31,000 bases of DNA, from IMG/VR virus record IMGVR_UViG_3300032301_000217, positions 1-31,000 of that record, one strand, 5' to 3'. How positions within the stretch are numbered: the stretch's first letter is position 1; each line of letters begins with the position of its first letter. The notes beneath the pieces were generated by a model. It was not told the DNA's origin and searched no databases. It saw only the letters and a list, made by a program, of their open reading frames with translations. The position numbers were made by a program, and so were the translations under genes. The DNA comes from a virus (lineage: Duplodnaviria; Caudoviricetes). Shown one piece after another: positions 8,121 through 15,591 of this stretch.

Positions 8121-8654
8121 ATGAGAGATACGAATCCACTCCGAACCGGACGAGAGATCGCAGCAATGTCGATCTCAATCAGAGCCGGACTACCCGACGC
8201 CCTCGCCGCCATGAATGAGGCCCAGTCACTCGGCTACCCAACCAACACCGGCGGCGGAGGCGGAGGCTCATCGCTAAACGACGCAGGCAAACCCGCCGGC
8301 CTCGAGAAGTACTTAGGCGCCGACGACCCAGCCCGTGACGACCTCCGCCAGCTCACCGCCCTACTGCGAACCATCCACGCCAACACCCGCCACGCCCTCG
8401 ACCTCGTCGGGCGATGGACCACCACGACGCCAGGAGTCGAAGGCGGACGGGCGCTACCGGCCAAGACTAAGAGCGACGGCAACTGTGTCGCGTGCTCCGC
8501 CTACTGCACCGGCACCGAGGACGACCGCCTTCGCTCTGGTCTCTGTAATCCGTGCCGTGTCTCGCTTCACCGCTACACGAACGATCGTCGCGGTGATCGT
8601 GGCGACTGGCTAATGGAGCGCCGCCGATCCGTTGAGGAAGAGTCAGCGGCATGA
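8121..8654 (+). CDS. Zn-finger protein, possible late-transcription regulator
   Basis: CxxC...CxxC near the C-terminus; good RBS (GAGGAG); located at the end of the early region. Function inferred from position only. Confidence 0.6.
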   Translation: MRDTNPLRTGREIAAMSISIRAGLPDALAAMNEAQSLGYPTNTGGGGGGSSLNDAGKPAGLEKYLGADDPARDDLRQLTALLRTIHANTRHALDLVGRWTTTTPGVEGGRALPAKTKSDGNCVACSAYCTGTEDDRLRSGLCNPCRVSLHRYTNDRRGDRGDWLMERRRSVEEESAA

Positions 8655-8848
8655 AGGTGCGAATCAGATTCCACGGCGGACCGCAAGATGGCAACGTGCG
8701 AACATTCGACGAACACTTTGTCGGCATGGTGATTCATGCTGCCCATACTTATTGCTGTGCCGAGGACTGTGAGACAGTTGCTTACAAGTTGCAAGGCGCA
8801 AACCATTACCCATTCACCTACACGGTTGAGGAAGAGTCAGCGGCATGA
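8631..8848 (+). repeat. 24-bp perfect direct repeat (8631-8654 and 8825-8848) bracketing a small gene
   Basis: GTTGAGGAAGAGTCAGCGGCATGA occurs twice; both ORFs end in VEEESAA*. Confidence 0.95.
8651..8848 (+). CDS. Hypothetical 65-aa protein (GGPxDG motif)
   Basis: MKVRIRFHGGPQDG...; visibly more AT-rich than its neighbours; lies between the 24-bp repeats. Confidence 0.7.
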   Translation: MKVRIRFHGGPQDGNVRTFDEHFVGMVIHAAHTYCCAEDCETVAYKLQGANHYPFTYTVEEESAA

Positions 8849-8972
8849 TCGTTCCGAAAGGGCACGAGATCGGCGCCGATGCTGGCGATCCGTGCATGAA
8901 TCGGAATGATCGCGCCGATCGCCCTATGGGTACATGGGTACACGAGAGATCGCATAAATAGGGCGGCAGTAG

Positions 8973-9001
8973 TTGACGGCTGGCGAATAGTCGTGTACCG
9001 T
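8973..9001 (+). promoter_or_regulatory. SigA-type promoter upstream of the HNH gene
   Basis: TTGACG-N17-TACCGT, followed by a hairpin at 9013-9042. Shares GTAGTTGAC with the promoter at 141-150. Confidence 0.65.
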
Positions 9002-9060
9002 CTTGGTCAGGTCGGCGTCGTGTGCATGAGCACTCGGCGCCGTTGCGCGTACTAGGCGGA

Positions 9061-9318
9061 ATGATGGCACAGGTGAACGGACGAACGTCGCGCGCCTTCC
9101 GCCGCCTCCGCCTCCGTGTGCTTGAGGAATCTTCTATCTGTTGGCTATGCGGTCAGCCTGGAGCGGACACGGTCGATCACGTCGTGCCATTGTCCATCGC
9201 TCCGGATCTGGCAGAAGAGATCGCGAACCTTCGCCCCGCTCATGGCTCGTGCAATAGCTCGCGAGGCAATCGTTCGCCGCAATCAGCGCGACCGATGCCG
9301 TCGAGTCGCCGGTGGTGA
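9061..9318 (+). CDS. HNH endonuclease (HK97 gp74-like terminase cofactor)
   Basis: CWLCG...TVDHVVP...NLRPAHGSCNSSRG; lies upstream of the terminase. Confidence 0.9.
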   Translation: MMAQVNGRTSRAFRRLRLRVLEESSICWLCGQPGADTVDHVVPLSIAPDLAEEIANLRPAHGSCNSSRGNRSPQSARPMPSSRRW

Positions 9319-9400
9319 GGGCGTACGCCCCCCTGTTTTTTCTGACGACCGCCGACGGAAACCCCGAGTCCCCCTTATGTTCCCCCCCCGGCCGTTTTTC
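9319..9400. other. Putative cos/packaging region
   Basis: Non-coding stretch between HNH and the terminase operon with T-tracts and C-tracts, the usual position of cohesive ends in HNH-associated HK97-like phages. The exact site cannot be determined. Confidence 0.45.
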
Positions 9401-9560
9401 TGAAGGCAGGGGAGTGGCCGTAGGGCCGAGGGAGACGCCGCCAGTCGGGGCGATGCGTGTCCGATCATCCTAACTCGTCTCCGTCAATCCTGTGGCGATC
9501 TATGCGGAGCGCGTCATTCGTTCATAGTTTCCGCAGGTCAGCACGCCGCCGCCGTTACGC

Positions 9561-9569
9561 TGCTACGCT
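9561..9569 (+). promoter_or_regulatory. Extended -10 promoter (TGn-TACGCT), leaderless to ATG 9576
   Basis: TGC-TACGCT ends 6 nt before the ATG; no Shine-Dalgarno. Confidence 0.5.
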
Positions 9570-9575
9570 TTGCCT

Positions 9576-10130
9576 ATGAAATGCGCCGGATGCTCCGCAA
9601 CTCTTCACCCGTTGCGCCGTGGCAATACCGTTTACTGCTCCAGCCGGTGCCGCACCGCCGCTCACCGATCAGCGCCAGCGGAGACGCTTCGCCGTCTGCC
9701 TCGCTGGGTCCGCCGGTCCGCCGACAAGATTCCGCTCACCACGAACGGCGGCGCCGCCAGCTCGACGCGCTCGTCCACCTGGTCAACTTACGAAGCCGCC
9801 GCCGCCTCTGATATCGGCGCCGGTCTCGGATTCGTTCTCAACGGCGACGGGATCGCGTGCGTTGACATAGATCATTGTCTTGACTCTCGCGGCCATGTCG
9901 CCAAATGGGCCGCCGACATCGTCGCCGCAATGCCGACGACATACGTCGAGGTCTCACCGTCGGGCGACGGTCTCCACGTTTGGGGATTCGCCACGGTCGA
10001 CAAGGGTCGCCGCTCCGGCGGCGTCGAGGTCTACGGATCGGGCCGCTACATAACGATTACCGGGAAGCGCTGGCGCGGCTCGGTTGCATCCTTCGCCGAT
10101 CTCACCGATTGGCTGATCACTCTGGAGTAA
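9576..10130 (+). CDS. Stand-alone AEP primase-polymerase domain (NrS-1-like N-terminal type) with an N-terminal C4 Zn finger
   Basis: CAGC...YCSSRCR finger; GLGFVL, VDIDHC (DxD), EVSPSGDGLHVW and VEVY...RYITITG motifs; no helicase domain. Confidence 0.8.
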   Translation: MKCAGCSATLHPLRRGNTVYCSSRCRTAAHRSAPAETLRRLPRWVRRSADKIPLTTNGGAASSTRSSTWSTYEAAAASDIGAGLGFVLNGDGIACVDIDHCLDSRGHVAKWAADIVAAMPTTYVEVSPSGDGLHVWGFATVDKGRRSGGVEVYGSGRYITITGKRWRGSVASFADLTDWLITLE

Positions 10131-10132
10131 CG

Positions 10133-10435
10133 ATGGCGACTCAAGGCCCAATGCAGAAGGCCATACGCGCCACGCTTCGCCAGCTGGAAATCTCACCGGC
10201 CACCGATGCACGCGCGCGCCTTGCTGTCTTGCTCGCTGCGACATTGGACGCCGACGCAGGCACGGCGACAGCGTCCGTATCTCGCGAGCTACGGGCCACG
10301 CTGTCAGAACTGGAAGGTCGCAACGATGGCGACTCGGACGACTTCTCAAAGATCCTCGCCGAATTGTCCGCCCCGGTGGTCAACTCAGCGAACCGACCGC
10401 CCCACGCTCGGATCGAAAGTCGCTCAGGTAGCTGA
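10133..10435 (+). CDS. terS: Terminase small subunit
   Basis: Helical ~100-aa protein (LAATLD...SRELRATLSEL) overlapping the start of terL; GGAG RBS. Confidence 0.75.
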   Translation: MATQGPMQKAIRATLRQLEISPATDARARLAVLLAATLDADAGTATASVSRELRATLSELEGRNDGDSDDFSKILAELSAPVVNSANRPPHARIESRSGS

Positions 10436-11816
10436 GCTCCTCGGCACGCCGCTGATGCCGTGGCAGCGCGAAGTCGTAGACATTGCCTACGAACTCGACG
10501 ACCACGTCGACGCGACGACCGGCGAGATATCGCAGCGGCTCGCCTATCGCGAGATCCGTCTTACGGTCCCTCGCCAGTCGGGCAAGACGACTCTCATGCT
10601 CGCGGCCATGACTCACCGATGCGTCGCTATGGGCGAGCGTCAGCGTGTCGGCTACACAGCTCAGACCGGCAAAGACGCTCGGCTGAAATGGGAAGACGAA
10701 CACGTTCCCGCTCTAGAGCGTTCGCCGTTCTCCGCCATGATGCAAGTCCGCCGGACTAACGGAAGCGAAGCGCTCCGATGGTCTAACGGTTCGCTCTGGT
10801 CTCTCCTGGCTACGACCGAGACAGCGGGCCACGGCGCGCAGCTCGACCTCGGCGTTATCGACGAAGCGTTCTCGCTTACCGATGACCGCCTAGAACAAGC
10901 CATGAAACCGGCAATGATCACGCGCCCTCAGCCTCAGCTCTGGATCGTGTCCACCGCCGGAACGAATGACTCTCTCTACCTGAACGACAAGATCGACGAC
11001 GGACGCGCTCGCGTTCAGTCCGGCACCCGTTCCGGCGTCGCGTATTTCGAGTGGTCAGCGCCAGACGATGCCGACATCTCCGACGAGTCGGTTTGGTGGT
11101 CGTGTATGCCAGCGCTCGGGCAGACCGTACCGATCGAAGCCATCCGCTCAGACTTTCAATCCATGCGCGAACCGGAGTTCCGGCGCGCCTATCTCAATCA
11201 GCGCCAAGACCGATCGGCATCGGCGCCCTGGCAAATCATCACCGAATCAGATTGGACGGCGTGTCTCGACCACCGCTCACGGATGGACGACATGCCGACC
11301 CTCGCTCTCGACGTAACACCGACTCGATCTATGTCATCGCTCGGCGCCTGCGGGCTTCGCTCCGACGGCATGGCTCATATCGAAGTCATCGGCAACCGAC
11401 CCGGCACCTCTTGGATCTTCGACTGGTTCGCCGCCGACGATCGCGCCGCCAGATACAAGTCGATCGTAATCGACCCCGTATCGGCCGCCGGATCTATGGT
11501 CGCCGACCTGCGCGCCCTCGGTCTGCAAGTGATTGAGATCGGACCGCGCCAACTCGTGACCGGATGCGGGAAGTTGTTCGATCTCGTCACATCTAAACAA
11601 ATTCGCCACATTGACCAGACGCCACTAAACGCAGCAGTCGCAGGCGCAAAGCGCCGCCCGCTCGGCGACGCGTGGGCATGGCACAGACGAGATACGAGCG
11701 TTGACGTGTCGCCGCTCGTCGCCTGCACGCTCGCCCTTCAGGGGCATATCGCCAGCGAACTGCGCCCACTAGGCGCGCCTCAGATTCTTGACCCTTGGAG
11801 TATTGACGATGACTGA
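10326..11816 (+). CDS. terL: Terminase large subunit
   Basis: LMPWQ, Walker A VPRQSGKT, Walker B GVIDEA, coupling motif STAG, nuclease ALD. Start chosen at ATG 10326. Confidence 0.93.
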   Translation: MATRTTSQRSSPNCPPRWSTQRTDRPTLGSKVAQVAELLGTPLMPWQREVVDIAYELDDHVDATTGEISQRLAYREIRLTVPRQSGKTTLMLAAMTHRCVAMGERQRVGYTAQTGKDARLKWEDEHVPALERSPFSAMMQVRRTNGSEALRWSNGSLWSLLATTETAGHGAQLDLGVIDEAFSLTDDRLEQAMKPAMITRPQPQLWIVSTAGTNDSLYLNDKIDDGRARVQSGTRSGVAYFEWSAPDDADISDESVWWSCMPALGQTVPIEAIRSDFQSMREPEFRRAYLNQRQDRSASAPWQIITESDWTACLDHRSRMDDMPTLALDVTPTRSMSSLGACGLRSDGMAHIEVIGNRPGTSWIFDWFAADDRAARYKSIVIDPVSAAGSMVADLRALGLQVIEIGPRQLVTGCGKLFDLVTSKQIRHIDQTPLNAAVAGAKRRPLGDAWAWHRRDTSVDVSPLVACTLALQGHIASELRPLGAPQILDPWSIDDD

Positions 11817-11952
11817 AATCGTATCGACGATTACTGAAGTTGTCGGCGCCGCCGTTGTCGTTGTCGGCATCGCGATGATCTTCGTTCCCGCCGCCTTCAT
11901 CGCCGCCGGTACTTTCCTCATCGTCGGTTCATACCTGGCGGCGACACGATGA
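11809..11952 (+). CDS. 47-aa two-TM membrane protein between terL and portal (not in the ORF track)
   Basis: MTEIVSTITEVVGAAVVVVGIAMIFVPAAFIAAGTFLIVGSYLAATR; GGAG RBS; ATGA overlap with the portal gene. Confidence 0.7.
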   Translation: MTEIVSTITEVVGAAVVVVGIAMIFVPAAFIAAGTFLIVGSYLAATR

Positions 11953-13115
11953 GCCTCTTCGCCAAGCGCGCTCTAGTCCCCGACGCGATCAAGACTTCCA
12001 ACTGGATTCCGGGGCCGAACTGGTCCGGCGAAACGATCTCCGAATCGTCAGCCCTTGAGGTTTCGGCGGTTCTTTCGTGCGTCTCACTTCTCGCCGACTC
12101 GGTGGCAACGCTACCGATTCGCGCCGTGAACGTCGTCGGCGATCGCACCGAACGCCAGCCGACGCCGTCATGGCTTGACGCCTCCAGCTCCGTGACGCGT
12201 TACGAACTAATCCACATGATCGTCTCGTGCCTCGCCATGCACGGGAACGCGTATCTCTACATAGATCGTGAAGGCGGAATCGGAATCCCGATCGCCATCC
12301 AGCCGCTTCACCCGACCGACGTTCAGGTGACGATCGTCAACCGGCAGCGCTACTACACGACCGGCGGGATCGTTATCCCTACGGAGAATATGCTTCACAT
12401 CCGATGGTGGACTCCGCCGCAATCAGCGCGCGGACTCTCACCGATCGAGATGCAGAAGACGACAATCGGCCTCGCTCTCGCACAAGAGCGACACCTCGCG
12501 CAATGGTATTCAGAAGGCGGCGTACCTGCCTCCGTGCTTGAGGTCGACGGCGATATGACCGCCGAACAGGCCAAGACGTTGCAAGCAACGTGGGAGTCTC
12601 AGAACCGGCGCCGCCGCCGTCCCGCCGTTCTGACTGGCGGAATGAAATGGAAGTCGATCACCGAGTCGGCCGCCGATATGGAAATGAACGCAGCGCGAGA
12701 GCTACAGATCGCACAGGTCGCGCGCATCTTCCGAATCCCGCCGAACATGATCGGCGCCCGTGGCGACTCCGCCACATACTCAAACGTCGAGTCCGCCGGA
12801 CTCAACTTCGTGACCTACACACTTCTGCCCTGGCTAACTCGCATTGAGTCGGCGCTTAGTTCGCTTATGCCACCGGCGCAGGAAATGAAGTTTGACACGA
12901 GCGCTTTCCTACGCGCCGACACGATCAGCCGCTATCGCGCCCATCAGGTCGGGATCATGAGCGGCTTTCTTACTCCGAACGAATCGCGAGCTATCGAAGG
13001 TCTCGAACCTTACGAAGGCGGCGACGAGTTCGTGATGGCACTACCCGGCGCGCCTATGGCCGGACCCGGCATTAACCCTCCCCCTATGGGCATTGACGCG
13101 CAGCCGCCCGAGTGA
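11949..13115 (+). CDS. HK97-family portal protein
   Basis: AVLSCVSLLADSVATLP, HGNAY, GLSPI, VARIFRIPP and TPNESRAIEGL motifs. Confidence 0.95.
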   Translation: MSLFAKRALVPDAIKTSNWIPGPNWSGETISESSALEVSAVLSCVSLLADSVATLPIRAVNVVGDRTERQPTPSWLDASSSVTRYELIHMIVSCLAMHGNAYLYIDREGGIGIPIAIQPLHPTDVQVTIVNRQRYYTTGGIVIPTENMLHIRWWTPPQSARGLSPIEMQKTTIGLALAQERHLAQWYSEGGVPASVLEVDGDMTAEQAKTLQATWESQNRRRRRPAVLTGGMKWKSITESAADMEMNAARELQIAQVARIFRIPPNMIGARGDSATYSNVESAGLNFVTYTLLPWLTRIESALSSLMPPAQEMKFDTSAFLRADTISRYRAHQVGIMSGFLTPNESRAIEGLEPYEGGDEFVMALPGAPMAGPGINPPPMGIDAQPPE

Positions 13116-14152
13116 CTGCCGACGAGAGGTTCCCTATGACAGACGAAACACGCGACGCCGGAGAAGGAATCTTCCCGCTCACCTCGCGACAGATCGCGCA
13201 ATACTCAGCCGACGAGTCCATCGTTGAGTTGTTCGGAAAGTACGACCAGCACTCCGGACCCGACGGCGCTCACTACGTCGCCGAATCACCCTTCGTCTCC
13301 GAAGGTATCCGGTGCTCATCCTGCGCGTTCTTCAAAGGGGGCAACGCCTGTGAGATCGTGGGCGGCGAGATCCTCCCTGGCGCAATCTGCAAGCGATGGA
13401 TCATCGCTGGCGATCTCGTCGGCTATCCGGCAAACGTTGTCTCAGACCCCGTTCAAATGCCCGAGGACGCGCCCGAAGAGGAAATAGCACCAGAGATGGC
13501 GCCCGTTCGCTACGCGTCCGTAGACGTGGAAGCTCGCAAGGTCGCCGGTCGCGATGTTGAGTTCCGTACCGTTGAGGTCGGCGGGCTAGAGCTGCGCGCG
13601 CTTGACGATGACACCGAATCCATGCCGATGAACTTCGCCGGATACGCCGCCGTATTCAACTCGCCGAGCGAGCCGCTTCCGTTCATTGAGACGATCGCCC
13701 CTGGCGCTTTCCGACGCTCGCTTCAGTCCGGCAAAGAAGTTCGTATGTACCTCAATCACAACAGCGATCTAGTTCTCGGAAGCACGAAGGCGTCAACGCT
13801 GCGAGTCACAGAAGACGAGCGCGGCCTCTACGTCGAGGCGCGCCTTCCTGACACCACCTACGGACGCGATCTCTCCGTGCTCATGCAGCGCGGCGACGTT
13901 CACTCAATGTCGTTCGGATTCAGCGTTCCCGCTGGCGGCGATAGCTGGTCATCTTCCGGCGAATCGCGCGAGCTTCGGGAAATACGACTCCACGAAGTTT
14001 CCGTCGTGAGCGGGACACCCGCCTACTCGGCGACCGCTGGCGCACAGGTTCGCAGCACAGAAGAACTTCCCGCAGAGACAGAGGACGAGCAGGCAGAAGG
14101 CCGCTCCGTCGCACTCGCTCAGCGGTACCTCGCTCTCAGCGCCAAGCGCTGA
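13112..14152 (+). CDS. HK97-family prohead protease with an N-terminal HiPIP-like 4-Cys domain
   Basis: C-terminal GYAAVFN, LNHN, MSFGF, EVSVV..PAY protease motifs; N-terminal Y...CSSCAFF-x5-C...ILPGAICKRW. Alternative start at 13136. Confidence 0.9.
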   Translation: MTADERFPMTDETRDAGEGIFPLTSRQIAQYSADESIVELFGKYDQHSGPDGAHYVAESPFVSEGIRCSSCAFFKGGNACEIVGGEILPGAICKRWIIAGDLVGYPANVVSDPVQMPEDAPEEEIAPEMAPVRYASVDVEARKVAGRDVEFRTVEVGGLELRALDDDTESMPMNFAGYAAVFNSPSEPLPFIETIAPGAFRRSLQSGKEVRMYLNHNSDLVLGSTKASTLRVTEDERGLYVEARLPDTTYGRDLSVLMQRGDVHSMSFGFSVPAGGDSWSSSGESRELREIRLHEVSVVSGTPAYSATAGAQVRSTEELPAETEDEQAEGRSVALAQRYLALSAKR

Positions 14153-14160
14153 GTCGAATC

Positions 14161-14219
14161 GCAGTCCGGAGCCTCGCCCGGAGCGCCATAGAGCGCCACC
14201 ACCGACGGCCACCACCTGC
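14161..14219 (+). ncRNA. Candidate cis-regulatory RNA in the major capsid leader (tandem identical internal loops)
   Basis: Three stems (GCAG/CTGC, GCCTCG/CGACGGC, GCGC/GCGC) separated by two 6x6 loops, each YCCGGA opposite CACCAC. Confidence 0.6.
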
Positions 14220-14255
14220 ACTCCAAACACAACCCAATTCAGAAAGTAGGCCCAC

Positions 14256-15461
14256 ATGAGTGAAGAACTCATCTCGCGGCTGACCGAACAGCGCGCACGC
14301 GCGTGGGAAGCCGCTAAGGCTCTCCTCGACGATGCCAGCGCTGAAGGTCGCGACCTGTCTGGCGAAGAGTCAGAACAGTTCGACCGCATCAACGCAGATA
14401 TCGACGTTCGTGATGCTCGCATTAAATCCGTCATTGAGAAGTCAAAGGTCGAACGCTCGATCGACGAATCACGCGCAGCGCTCGGCCTCCCCGCCGACTT
14501 CGCCCGTGAGGTCGCCGCATCAGTCGAAACCGACTCCGACATCATCCGCGCAATCGCCCGTGGCGATCGTCGTTCGTACGAGTTTGAAATGCGCGACATC
14601 ACGAAGGCGTCGACCGGCTCGCCCGTCCCGACTTCCTTCTACGATCGTCTCGTAGAGCACCTCGTCGTTCAAGGCCCAATGCTCGACGGAAGCGTTGTCA
14701 CCATCCTGACCACCGCCTCCGGCGAGAACCTCCAGATCCCGCGCACGGCCACGTACTCGGCTCCTGCGATCACGGCTGAAGGCTCGGCAATCAGCGAGTC
14801 CGACCCGACGTTCGGTTCGTTCGTCACCCTCGGAGCGTTCAAGTACGCCGCTACCTTCCAGCTCAGCCGCGAGGTCGTGGAAGATTCGGGAATCAACCTT
14901 CTCGACTTCGTCGCACGTCAGGCCGCTGTAGGCATGGGAACCGCTGTAAATGCGGGTCTGACCAACGGCACCGGCACAACCGGCCCCAACGGTATCGTCA
15001 CCTCCGCAAGCTCCGCCGTCACCGGTGGAACTGGCGTCTCTGGCGTCCCGACGGCCGACAACATCACGGACCTCGTCTACACCTGCCCGGCGCCTTATCG
15101 CCGTCAGCCAGGCGCAGGCTTCCAGATGCGTGGCGCAACGATCGCGTCGATCCGCAAGCTGAAGGACACCACCGGTCAATACCTGTGGCAACCGTCCCTC
15201 CAGGCTGGATCTCCCGATCAGCTGATGGGCTTCCCAATCTTTGAGAATCCCGACGTTCCCGCAACCGCAACCGGCGCAAAGTCGGTCATCTTCGGTGCGA
15301 ACTCGGCGTACTACGTGCGTCAGGTCCGTGGGATCGACGTTGCACGCGACGACTCAGTGGGCTTCGTAAACGACCTGATCACGTTCCGCGTGACATGGCG
15401 CGGAGACGGCGCACTTCCGGACGCAAACGCTGTCTGGTACTTCAAGGGCGGCGCGTCCTGA
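14256..15461 (+). CDS. Major capsid protein (HK97 fold, N-terminal delta domain)
   Basis: Coiled-coil N-terminus; AEGSAISES, SREVVEDS, LKDTTGQYLWQP and R.DG motifs. Confidence 0.95.
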   Translation: MSEELISRLTEQRARAWEAAKALLDDASAEGRDLSGEESEQFDRINADIDVRDARIKSVIEKSKVERSIDESRAALGLPADFAREVAASVETDSDIIRAIARGDRRSYEFEMRDITKASTGSPVPTSFYDRLVEHLVVQGPMLDGSVVTILTTASGENLQIPRTATYSAPAITAEGSAISESDPTFGSFVTLGAFKYAATFQLSREVVEDSGINLLDFVARQAAVGMGTAVNAGLTNGTGTTGPNGIVTSASSAVTGGTGVSGVPTADNITDLVYTCPAPYRRQPGAGFQMRGATIASIRKLKDTTGQYLWQPSLQAGSPDQLMGFPIFENPDVPATATGAKSVIFGANSAYYVRQVRGIDVARDDSVGFVNDLITFRVTWRGDGALPDANAVWYFKGGAS

Positions 15462-15511
15462 TCGGACGCTTTCCCCTGACGTCGATTCTGTAATCGACCA
15501 AGAGCGTGATC

Positions 15512-15577
15512 GGTGGCGCACTCCTCGCCCGTGGGAGTGCGTCACCTTTCACCACCACACGGGCAACCACAACGGGC
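15512..15577 (+). promoter_or_regulatory. 14-bp hairpin after the capsid gene with a loop complementary to two downstream ACGGGC sites (terminator or pseudoknot)
   Basis: Stem 15512-15525/15533-15546; loop CGCCCGT; ACGGGC at 15559-15564 and 15572-15577, the second abutting the AGAAAG RBS. Confidence 0.55.
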
Positions 15578-15591
15578 AGAAAGTAAATCTC

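Noticed and set aside
8845-8961. 38-aa ORF starting in the second 24-bp repeat
   Set aside because: Short with no recognisable features. It could be real through ATGA coupling but is not supportable.
13949-15191. Minus-strand ORFs over the protease and capsid genes (217 aa, 223 aa)
   Set aside because: Typical high-GC antisense open frames opposite well-supported structural genes.
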